A stretch of 64,000 bases of DNA from Setoptus koraiensis (lineage: Eukaryota > Animalia > Arthropoda): contig CM106585.1 in the NCBI GenBank assembly GCA_048013815.1, positions 18,600,001 through 18,664,000 of the forward strand, written 5' to 3'. Under the pieces are notes generated by a model. The model worked only from the letters and a program-made list of their open reading frames with translations. It ran no database searches and had not been told where the DNA came from. Each line of letters starts with the position of its first letter. Within the stretch, counting starts at the first letter, position 1. A program made the translations under genes and the position numbers. Shown one piece after another: positions 37,888 through 48,591 of this stretch.

Positions 37888-40777
37888 TTCGGTCGGGCGC
37901 TTAGTTCGATCTTGCTGATTCGGTGGCTGGGCCCTGCTGACAGGCGCGACGTTCGGTGACTGTTGCGGCTCCTCTGGCGCACGATCTCACGACGATTACA
38001 ATCTCAACAATAATGATAATAATGATAATGGTGATAATAATAATAATGACGTAATGTGAATATCTCTTAACAACAATAGTAATCTCAATAATAATCAGTG
38101 TGTGTGTGTTGTCTCAGCGTCTCATATCGTCTCAGCGCGTCTCGTCTCGTCGCAAGTGCAATAGCGAGTGTAACAGCGACTGTAATAGCGAGTGTGTGAT
38201 AGTGCGAGTGAGCAGCGAGTCGACTGGCTAGCGAGTGAAAGTGAGTGCTAGTGCGAGTGTGTGTGTGTGTGTGTGTGTTCTATCGACGAGAAAATTCGTT
38301 GCTCGTCAATTTCGTCTAATTTTAAGCGGTGGTTTGTTGTTGTGCTGTGTGTGTGTGTGTGTGTGTGTTTGGTTGTTGCACCACAGAATGCAAGTGAGTT
38401 AGTGCCCGAGCGTCTGTTGCGAGCGAACGCGCACCGTGCACTGTGCATGCAATGCACTGACAGCGCTAGATGTGGATGGCACACGCTCTGCTGTCGGCTG
38501 CTGTCGGCTGCTGCTGGCTGCTATTGGCTGCCATTGGCTGCTGTTGGATCATCTCGCTTTCTCCCACTGCCAGCCAAGTTCTACGCCAGCCACTTCTACG
38601 CCAGCCAGTTCTAGGCCAGCCGACTCTGTGACACAGAGTCGGCAATGCACGCTCTGTGGTGCGCGCTCGGCAACGCAGAGTCGCCAATGCTGAGTCTGTA
38701 TTACAGAGTCTGTATTACAGACTGTAATGCAGGCCTGTATCGTACAGTATGCAGAGTCTGTGCCCAGCGAGTTCCATGCCAGCGCGCAACAACAATATCT
38801 GTCCTATAAGGCTTACACAGGCTTGTGGTATAAGCACGCAGCCAGGGCACGTCGCGCGCCAGTAGCCAGCTTGTTCGTCGCTCGCCTGTTCGTTCGATCG
38901 CGCCTGTTCGCTCGCCAATTTGTTCGATCGCGCCTGTTCGCTCGCCGCTCATTGGCTCGCCGTCCGGCCGGCCGGCCGCACAGGCTCTGCATCTCGGGCT
39001 GTGTGACTCGGGCTCTGCGACTCGGTCTCTGCGACTCGGTCTCTGCGACTCGGGCTCTGTAACGCAGGCTCGCAACGCAGGCTGCCAGCCTGAGTCCGGA
39101 TTGCAGACTCAGCGATACGGACTCTGCGATACAGACTCAGCACAAGACTGTAGACTCTACAGTGTAGACTCTACAGTGTAGAGCGCTGTGTGGGACGCGG
39201 GCGGCAATGCAGTTGAGACGGTGCGGAAAGGCCGCCACACTCACGAGCCGTCAGCCGTGTGTTGCCATGCAGCAGCGCTGCTGAGCCACTCACAACCAAC
39301 AACTTGTGAGCTTGTAAGCTTGACTCAGGCTGGCCAGCCCGGTGAGCCCAAGTGAGCAGTACCTTGGTAGTACTATTCTGAGTATAAAGTTAGTGCGCGG
39401 TGAGTGGCGCTCGTCTTGCCAGCGCACACTGACAACTTGTGAGACTCGAGTCTGCACCACACGCTCTGCACCACAGTCTGTGCACCGCAGACTGTGCACC
39501 ACACACACTCTGCAGAACACAGTGTGCAGAACACAGTGTGCAGAACACGGTGCGCTGGCTCGGTGCGCTGGCTCGGTGAGCCGGCGAGCTCGTAATTGAG
39601 TTGAGACCGCGCGCCCCGAGCTCGCTGCCATTCCTGGCGCTCATGCACCGCAGGCGCTGCCGTGTGTTTGCCATAGTAAGCGATGATGATGATGATGATG
39701 ATGCCAAACATACAACAGATTGTACCATATTGCCGCTCTTAGAACGACGCTCGCCCCTTCCCCCCGCTCCCCAGTTTCCTTTCGCTGCTGGCGCGCACTA
39801 TATTGCACTATAGTCACCATAGTATAGCGCACTCTATTGCACACTCGCTCCCTAACACGGCTCTGGCATGGCTCTGGCATGGCTCTAATGTGGCTCCAAT
39901 GTGGCTCTTATATGGCCTGCATACCAGGGCTGCACAAGGCTCGCTCGCAGCCTGCGAGTCGCAGGCCAACCTGAGCCCGGCCCCCGCATTTCTGATGCGC
40001 AGCAACAAGCTCGCCAGACGGACTCAACGGAGCGACTCAACAGAGCGACCCGACAGAGCGACTCAGCCCGGCCGAGACACCAGCCGCTGGCTGAGCCGGG
40101 CTCAGTGCGCAAGTCTCGCGAGTCGCACTTGACACTGCAGCCAGCAGCCGGCAGCCGGCAGTGAGCAGCCAGAGCGGCGGCGGCTTATCGCGACAACAAC
40201 AACAGCGACACCAGTAGCGATATTCGAGTGCTAGTTTCGCCAGTTGAGCACAAGTTTCTCGTATCGTCCTGTACCTGTGTTCTTTTTAATAGGTGTCTAG
40301 TTTTCTAGAACAGTCCACAAGCTCGCAAGCTGTGAACCAGTTTTCATCTTTGTCGTCTATCGAAACGATTCATTTTTCTGTCGGCTCAATTCGCATTCCG
40401 CACACTCCCGCTCCCCGTCTGCCCGGTCCGCTTCTGCACCGCGCTCGCCATACCATGGCGGGCATACCCCGGCCGCCTGCGCATATTGCGCGTATGCACT
40501 GGCCAGCTTGTCTGGCTTGTCCGCCGCCGCCGCCAGCTGACAAGTTTATTACCCAATAAATATTCGCCGGCTACAATCGTGCGCAGCATTGCCGCCGCCG
40601 CCGCCGACAACAACAACGTGAGCTGTCAAGACAATGATCTTGCCAGCGAGCGATGGTAACAATCACGGATTACATAACCAACCTTGATCCGCAAAGGAAC
40701 TAACCGATCGCGCATACTAGTGACTTGATAAGGCAAGCTCGCCAGGCCTGACAGAATGTAACCTTTTCACATAATGT

Positions 40778-40782
<5 letters not shown>

Positions 40783-40814
<32 letters not shown>
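40783..40814 (+). repeat. (TG)16 microsatellite
   Basis: Read directly; one of many (TG)n and (GTT)n tracts in the window. Confidence 0.9.
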
Positions 40815-40816
<2 letters not shown>

Positions 40817-43800
40817 CTAAAAATACATTCTATTCTGGCTAACCCCCTCCCCCACCCGCTGACCCCATGTTAGGCCTGGTGCTGAGGACACACACACACA
40901 CAAGAGGATCTCGCTGTTGCGATTATTCTCTTGCGCCCCCGCAATGCGTACATATGTTGTGCGTAAACAACAACAACAACAACAACAGCCTGCCAACACA
41001 TTAATATAGTTCAAAGACATATAGCCTCTCTTGTTGTCATTTATCCCGGCCAGCCAAACCGATCCTCGTTTCCTATCGAGATGCCGTGCGCGACTTTACG
41101 TCGCTGCTGCCGCCGCCTCTGTATTAGAGAGTCTGTAATACACAATTTGTATAAAACTACTGGCTTTGCACTGCCGTCTACTGCGGAGAGCTCTCAACAT
41201 TGTTGTTGTTGTTGTTGTTGCCGGAAAAATGTTGTATCCCCCACCCCCTGTGTGCGTGTGTGTGTCCCAACTTTACTCTTATGGTGTGCGTGTGTGTGTT
41301 GCTAACAAGACCTCGAAATGTTGCTGTCGAATAGTTGCTGTAGTCATCATAAAAGACAAACATTGATCGATAGTTACTATCAATTATTATTATTCTTCTT
41401 TTTTCTGTGATTATCTAATTATTATTATTTGTTTACAAGCGCGACATTTCGTCAGCGACATCTAGTATGGGGTAGCACTTTTCATTCAGACTTTGTTTTG
41501 GCTTGGCGTACATTAAACACAGTGCATTAAGTAGTGTCAGACAGTATGTTTGCCTGGCTTTGTCGCTTCATTATTATTATTATCGATTGGTTGATTGATT
41601 AAAGCACTCAGCTATGCAGTGAATGCGGCCACATGATCATCATACCCATAGAATATTGTTATCTCTCTTTGCAAATCTCTTCGCTGTTGCTGCCACTACA
41701 ACAACATCAACATCAACATAATAATAATAATATAATAGTAATGATGATTGCCGAAACTTTCCACTTCTGTCATGATGCTGAAGGCTAGCAGACAGTCAGC
41801 TGTAGTGTCAAGCTAGTGACAGAAGCTCTCATTACATTATGAAGTCCATGCTATGCACTCCACAGTGCATCTCTCTCACTCTCTCACCATGAGTGTAAGC
41901 CTTCCAATAAAATCTTCTCTCTCTCCCCCGATTGCCACCCCAGTGCCAAATTGATAGGGCTTACAAGCGACGATGATCTAACCATCTAAAGCTTGGCACA
42001 CCTACTCAACAAGTGGCGCCCTCCATATGTGACATATGGTTTTACATTTTGGACATTTGAACAATGTTGTGAGAGTTATTTCACTCAAAACTAGAGGACT
42101 AGAACAGAGATGAGACGGCATGATAGCTGAAAGATGTTTGACAATCAACAACAGCAGCATTAGCAGCACTGATCGTTGATAAACGGCGCTAGATGGATAC
42201 AGATGGATAGATTGTTGTTGCAAGATTAGAGTAGATTGAATATTTCAAGCTCTTGGACCGGCTCTATCTTTATATCCATCTCCCATGCTCTGCCAAACCA
42301 TCGCAATGTAGCTGCGAGTATAAACTCTTTTGATACTCTCCTTTTCACTCTATCGCTCGCTGTCTCTGTCTCTCTCTTTTACGGTCGCCACCATACCATC
42401 GCCACTCTGTTTGCTTTGGTTCATAAAAATTGATTCTTTCCAAACGATGTATTGTGTCGGTGCTAGTTGTTGCTCTTTCAAGAAGACTTTCTCAATCAAT
42501 ACTCGGTAGCTCGAATATAACCCGAACTGTGCCAACTACCAACTAGGCCGATAACAATCAATGTCTACTTATTTGGAAAGGGCCATCTTTTTGAGAAATC
42601 ATGAAAAATATAACAACAAAAAGCAAGAGTTCCTATTTCCTATCAGGTAGTATCATCGTTAGCATAATGGCTCCTGACAGTTGATTCGCTACCACCTGTT
42701 AAATGTGAAGCAAATTAAGCGATGCGTAACTAATGGCCTATGGATGACGATGCCAGCGGTGGAATAGAATTTAATGAAAACAAGTGTCTTAATATTATGT
42801 AATTATGTTCTCTCAGGCGGCCTAACTTGTCTCTACAGTATAGTAATATTTAGAGTGGTGGTTATTGTTGTTATTTTACTGCAGTGGTGATAATTACCGC
42901 ATATAAAATATACACACTACAGCATTTTTTCACACTTAACTTTGTTATTGGCTGTGTATACTCTATTGTTATACTATTATTATGATTATTAAGTATTAAT
43001 AGTATTACATGTTACAGCAGTTGCCGGTTGGCCGGGCTGTTGCCAATGCCAGGAAAGAAAAACAATTGATTGGTTGTGTTATTTGTGCCTGTAAACATGA
43101 AACAAAAGAACCAATCAACAGCTCATCATACTCTTTATTTACCTGGCATTAATGCAAATACAACAGCCGACACCGACAGACTAACACTTTGATCCGCTTG
43201 CCAAAAGTCGTCCGGGCGGCCGACTGGCGCTCGCAAGCTTCTCAAGTGACTGGCCATCTAAACAATTGTCACTTGATTGGTTTGCAGGGTCAACACAGAT
43301 GAGCGTCATCACAATGTGATCATAGATAATATTGATCAACATTACGTCATTCGTCAAGATCATCATCATTGTGTGCATCAGTTAATATTGAGTGTTGGTT
43401 TGTTTCTTTTGTTATGCATGATGCAAGCATGCAGTAGAGTTTTATAGTCGAGTCTAATCGAATTGGATTGAATGGATTATATGTTACGCCCCATTCCAAG
43501 AGCAGACCTTTTTTGAAGGTCTTCAAACGCAGCTTTGAGCTTCCTCTCATATTCAAACCGCAAAATAACAACAACAAACTGACAGAACTCAACTTTGGCC
43601 TCGAAGATTCTCACCGACATATGACTGCAGAATATCTGCGTACATTACAAGTACACAGTATATACTGTGAACACAGATAAACACAAGTGTAGACAAGTGG
43701 ATCGAGACTAGAGTAGATTGTTATCATCAAACATTTATTTTTATTAAATTTGTATCATCAACACAATATACATATACATATATATATCTTTTTTTTTGTC

Positions 43801-44056
43801 ATTCCACAACAAACTATCGATGACAGAAGCACCCTCGATAAATCGATGATATCATGACTCATTCATTCTTATTGTATATGACAACAAATGAAAAGAAAAG
43901 AAGGCCAGATTTGTGGCAAGACTTTCTGCTCTAATTTAAGCTGTGTTGTTTTTTGCTGTCGACATCACAGGCCCACCAGTACAAAATTTTAACAAATCGA
44001 CGTGCTTGTCTCCTCCCCGCTCGTTCTTTGTCGCTATATCACCCACTCGTAGCTGA

Positions 44057-44289
44057 ATAACGTTTATTTCTAGTGCTTTTATGTAAACTGTTCCATTTAG
44101 ACTATGTGTCTAATCATGATGTTAAAGTTATGTATTGTTACTCTATATATAAGTATAGAGAGCGAGAGAAAGAGAGAGATAGATATATATAATTTAGCCA
44201 ACCCAGACACATAACGTTTCTTTCTAGTGCTTTTATGAAAACTGTTCCATTTAGACTATGTGTTTAATCATGTTGTTAAAGTTATGTAT
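44057..44289 (+). repeat. 79-bp direct repeat pair (44057-44135 and 44211-44289)
   Basis: ATAACGTTT...GTTATGTAT duplicated with about 4 mismatches; spacer contains GA/TA microsatellite. Confidence 0.9.
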
Positions 44290-44691
44290 ATATCTATCTA
44301 TCTTGCTAGCTCACACACGCATAAGGTCCAACACTCCAAATATTAGCACCACATTAATGGGTGGAGAGGCATTCATTCGCGAACCATGGCGCTAGTTAGA
44401 GCCAATCATTCATTGAGATAGTCTCATTCTCTCGCACTGACTGTCTCGCTCTCTTTGTAGTAAATCCCATAGTGTGATAAATAGTTTAGCCTATTCAATC
44501 AGCTAAAATCCAGATTACTATTATCTGGCTTAGAGCCAACTACTTCTACTGCAGTGTACTGTACAGTTTGTTTCTGCAAACACAAGCACAGTTTTAGTTG
44601 CTGTATTCATGGTTATGATACTAGCACTAAGTCGGTTAGTCAGTCAATTATTATGTCAGCTACTAATTTACTTAAAGCTAGATTTTTATTA

Positions 44692-45573
44692 CTATAGTAA
44701 CGAGCATATGGACTTGCGCGCAACCTGGCTTGCGGAAGCGGCCAATCGTTTCTTGTCTAGATCATCACGCATGCGACTAAACTGACTATGTCCAACAGCT
44801 ATAGATAGATCTAGACCGGACGACAAATCTATTGAGGTGGTCTTGGTGGAAATTCTGATAGCCCTCTCTGGTATCACAGGTTCGCCATTGATGCCCCCAA
44901 TAGATTGGTTTAGACAATAGCACGCAATCTCTTCTTCAATATCACATCTTGGAAAATAATAGGCCATTACGGTCTCGTATAATTCATGAAGGCTTTCATC
45001 AATACAGATGACAATCATATCAAAATTATTTTGTTTCTTTTCTAATATGCGTCTGATGACGCGCAATTGCATGTGACAATTGTCCTCTGGTGGATAATTT
45101 GATTTTGTTGTTGTAACAGGCGGCATGACTAGAGTCCGGAACTTTTGTTCGATGGTGGTCTCCAAAATACGAAAATAAACATGAAATAAGGCAGTTTCGG
45201 CAGCAGTCTTATATTTGGGCTTGTACTTTGGCGGTACGGCATGTATGATGTATTTGACATTAGACTTGAAACCCGGCGTAACTTTGACATCGCACGTTCT
45301 ACAAGTTTTCACTCTACGCAAAGCATACTCTAGCTCTTTGCCGGCTAATGCGGACAGGTCCGAATTGATCTCGGTGAAGTTTTCGTTGGTTGGATGCACC
45401 AGTGCGTCGGCCTTGATGCCGGCCATTGCTGATGTGGTGAGAGAAATTCTCTTGTTTATTTCTTCGTTTTTGGGGAATGGCGTTTTTGGCCAGACTCGCG
45501 TCTCCACGGAACGGACGAATTGTAAATCGGTCGAATTGCTTATACCGGCGCCCCAATGTGCAATCCCTGCCAT
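44692..45573 (-). CDS. GDAP2: GDAP2-like macro-domain protein (293 aa), CRAL-TRIO domain not found
   Basis: TPFPKNEEINKRISL, DALVHPTNE, CRTCDVKVTPGF..KYIIHAVPPKYKPKYKTAAETAL, YFPR, GEPVIPERAIRIS and FSRMRDDLDKKR all fit the GDAP2 N-terminal half. Confidence 0.85.
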   Translation of the reverse strand: MAGIAHWGAGISNSTDLQFVRSVETRVWPKTPFPKNEEINKRISLTTSAMAGIKADALVHPTNENFTEINSDLSALAGKELEYALRRVKTCRTCDVKVTPGFKSNVKYIIHAVPPKYKPKYKTAAETALFHVYFRILETTIEQKFRTLVMPPVTTTKSNYPPEDNCHMQLRVIRRILEKKQNNFDMIVICIDESLHELYETVMAYYFPRCDIEEEIACYCLNQSIGGINGEPVIPERAIRISTKTTSIDLSSGLDLSIAVGHSQFSRMRDDLDKKRLAASASQVARKSICSLL

Positions 45574-46108
45574 GTCTAAAGGCGGCTTTGTTTATTGTTA
45601 AATATTGTTAATTTATCCACCAATGGGACGGAATAGACGAGAATAATAATATTAATTTTTAACAACAACGGAATGATAATAATATGTACAATGTTTAACA
45701 ATATAAATGTATATATAACAGTAATAATAAATGATAAGACTCTTATCTTATAAGAGGCCGATAATCAATTGTTTCATGTGTGTAACTTTGTGCGTGCTGG
45801 GTGGAACTCAATGTTTCCCCCCAATAATTCAATCAACGTTGCACTCTGCCCGCTTGTCCGTCTGTCTGTGTGTGCGTCTATTTGTTGGTGTGCAAGACAC
45901 ACAAACAGACTTACACATGAAACAAATGATGAATACAAACAACACAATTTATTATTGGCCTCCCAACATTGATTTCTACTACATATATTATCATTATCAT
46001 TCAACTATAATTTGACATCATCACTATTATTATTATTATTATTCTCATCTCTCAGGCAGACAATATTTAACAGACAATATTTAAAAATCAACACAGCCAC
46101 CTTGAGAC

Positions 46109-46588
46109 ATGGCAGGGATTGCGGCGTGTAGGCTTCAAGAAGAGAGGAAGGAATGGAGAAAAAATCATCCATTTGGGTTCATAGCAAAACCAAAGAAAAA
46201 TCAAGACGGTACAATGTCCTTAATGCAATGGGAATGTGCCATTCCAGGCAAAAAGGGTACTCCGTGGGAGAATGGTCTCTACAAACTCACCATGCATTTT
46301 AAAGACGATTACCCATCTACTCCTCCCAAATGTAAATTTGAACCGCCACTATTCCACCCTAACGTCTATCCATCTGGCACAGTTTGTTTATCACTCTTGG
46401 ATGAGGAAAAGGACTGGAGACCATCTATAACCATCAAACAAATACTGCTCGGCATTCAAGCACTTTTAAATGAACCAAATATCAAGGACCCGGCTCAAGC
46501 GGAGGCTTACACTATTTACTGCCAGAACAAGGCGGAATACGAGAAGAAGGTTAAACAGCAGGCTATCAAATTCGCGCCGGCCACTTGA
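46109..46588 (+). CDS. UBC9: SUMO-conjugating enzyme UBC9 (159 aa), intronless CDS
   Basis: [31 protein letters not shown] and [23 protein letters not shown] with the active-site Cys. Confidence 0.99.
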   Translation: MAGIAACRLQEERKEWRKNHPFGFIAKPKKNQDGTMSLMQWECAIPGKKGTPWENGLYKLTMHFKDDYPSTPPKCKFEPPLFHPNVYPSGTVCLSLLDEEKDWRPSITIKQILLGIQALLNEPNIKDPAQAEAYTIYCQNKAEYEKKVKQQAIKFAPAT

Positions 46589-46718
46589 AATGATTATTTA
46601 TCATCATTTCACCAGAAAGAATCTTAATAAAGAGGTTAGAAAAAAAGATAAATGCTTGAACCTACCAAGTTTGACATTATGATGAGACTGTAACACAGAA
46701 CGAACAAAATAACAAATA

Positions 46719-47441
46719 TCATCTATTAATTTTACTATAATTGATATCATTGCTGTTATCCTTAGCCATATCTTTGAGATTCTTCGGAAATATTCTTATG
46801 AATATAACCATCATCAAAAATGTGCACGTAACCAAAACAATCGCGGCCCAAAGTTTACATTGACAACCTGTTCGCAGGAAATCTCCCAAACGATCAATGT
46901 TAGTCTTGATTCTGAAACTATTAGCCTCAGCGTTGATGGTGGCGTTCGAAAGAGTCTCTGTGTCTTTTTTTATGATATTATTGGCTAAAAACATGTTCTC
47001 TCTCAGATTAGTTGTTAGTTCCAAGATATTTCCTGTGATGCTATTTGTATTATCATCGAAGTCATCATTATCTTTGTCTTTGTAACCTGCCTTCCTCCTC
47101 GTCATCAATAGTTCCTCGCGAACTTGATTGTGATACTTCGTAGTTGTCCTTAGATACGTTTCTTTAGTTTCTCTATCGGGAGACAGTAGCTCAGCAGCCA
47201 AAAGTCGCTTTTCAGCTGATGGTAACTTTTCCGTATCAATCAGTCCGCGAAGGAACTGGATTTTCCTATTGTATTCCTCAAGAGTCTCACGACTAGGCCG
47301 GCTTACATTGAGACTCCTTAACTCTTCCAATTTATCCGCCAATGCATCGACATATTTTTCCACTCTCCAAGTCTTCTGATCTGCTATCTGTTGGCATTGT
47401 TTCAAGAGTCTCAAGAAATCAATTTCGTTACTGGTCTTCAT
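46719..47441 (-). CDS. USE1: ER Qc-SNARE USE1 (240 aa from ATG 47441)
   Basis: EIDFLRLLKQC, WRVEKYVDAL..KL, YNRKIQFLRGL, a SNARE-like coiled coil and a C-terminal TM (CKLWAAIVLVTCTFLMMVIFIRIFPK). Confidence 0.88.
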   Translation of the reverse strand: MKTSNEIDFLRLLKQCQQIADQKTWRVEKYVDALADKLEELRSLNVSRPSRETLEEYNRKIQFLRGLIDTEKLPSAEKRLLAAELLSPDRETKETYLRTTTKYHNQVREELLMTRRKAGYKDKDNDDFDDNTNSITGNILELTTNLRENMFLANNIIKKDTETLSNATINAEANSFRIKTNIDRLGDFLRTGCQCKLWAAIVLVTCTFLMMVIFIRIFPKNLKDMAKDNSNDINYSKINR

Positions 47442-47688
47442 GGTAGTTGGGTGCAATCAATACAAGAGAGAGGCCAGATATTGTAACCATTGAAGAGAAA
47501 TAGATTATTGGACCATACACAATTATTACACTTCTAACACTTGTCATTGCATATCCGACGCGCGTGATTTAAATTCATACAGGAATTTTTCAATTGATTC
47601 CGATATAAAAGAGATGTTTTCAGCAATAGATTGTTTATATATTGATGAACTATTCTACTTAATATAATCTAAGCGATCTATGTGGGTT

Positions 47689-48198
47689 TTATTCGTAAAT
47701 TTTGGGCTTGATGACTTTAGTGTAAACTAGAGATAATGCTAAACCTATGGTTGTTCCTATTAACGAGCGTTGTAGGGTCTTTTGCCAATTGACGTTCCGA
47801 CTAGTGACAGCACCACTAATTAAACCGGTTACAGATGCCGCAGTCATCGTATTTATATCGTCGTCCTCAATGCTAGATGTCAATGATAAGGCCACACCAA
47901 TTGTGGAATATAATACTGCCACTACACCAAAAGCGTTCGCTGAAGATGTTCCTCCTTTCACTATGGAATTTATCATCTGTGTCCTCTTCACTGATAATGA
48001 AGGAAGATCTTTAATGAGGTTGTAACCCCTCACAGTGCCCAAAGAACCTCCAAGAGCCGCACCTGTCAGAACTGATCCTCCTATCTGACTGAAAGCCAAT
48101 TCCATCCGGCCTCTCTGATGACCTGGCGTGGCATTTGGTATTATGTATTGGTTTGGATCATTTAGAGGTGAATAGTTCAGGTAGGGGGAGCGTTCCAT
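47689..48198 (-). CDS. TIMM23: Mitochondrial import translocase subunit Tim23 (169 aa from ATG 48198)
   Basis: SPYLNY, RGRMELAFSQIGGSVLTGAALGG, KRTQMINSIVKGG..AN.FGVVAVLYS and DDDINTMTAASVTGL. Confidence 0.92.
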   Translation of the reverse strand: MERSPYLNYSPLNDPNQYIIPNATPGHQRGRMELAFSQIGGSVLTGAALGGSLGTVRGYNLIKDLPSLSVKRTQMINSIVKGGTSSANAFGVVAVLYSTIGVALSLTSSIEDDDINTMTAASVTGLISGAVTSRNVNWQKTLQRSLIGTTIGLALSLVYTKVIKPKIYE

Positions 48199-48591
48199 TA
48201 TATTTAGCTGACAAATAACAAACAATTTATCATAAAGTAATAATATGATATTATTTTTGAAGGTCGCCTCTCGAAGGTTCAAAATAGCACGTGTGCTCTA
48301 CTGAAGATAATGATGCGCGCGTGATTTAAAAAACAAAAATTTCGCGGTGCGACTGTATCGCTTTGGATAAGAACTTTGGTAAACCACATGAAAGAAAGTA
48401 AATATTTGGTTGGTTATTAATTTTATTGTTAAATTAGTTATTTGTTCGTTAATAATTGCTGTTGTTGTATTTGTTAATAATTGCTTGTTTATGTTGCACC
48501 TATGTAACATGTATGATGGATGCAATGAATCAATGAAGGGTGGTCCTTATTGAGAAATTGAGTGAGTATGTTCAAAAGTTTATGGAAGTTG

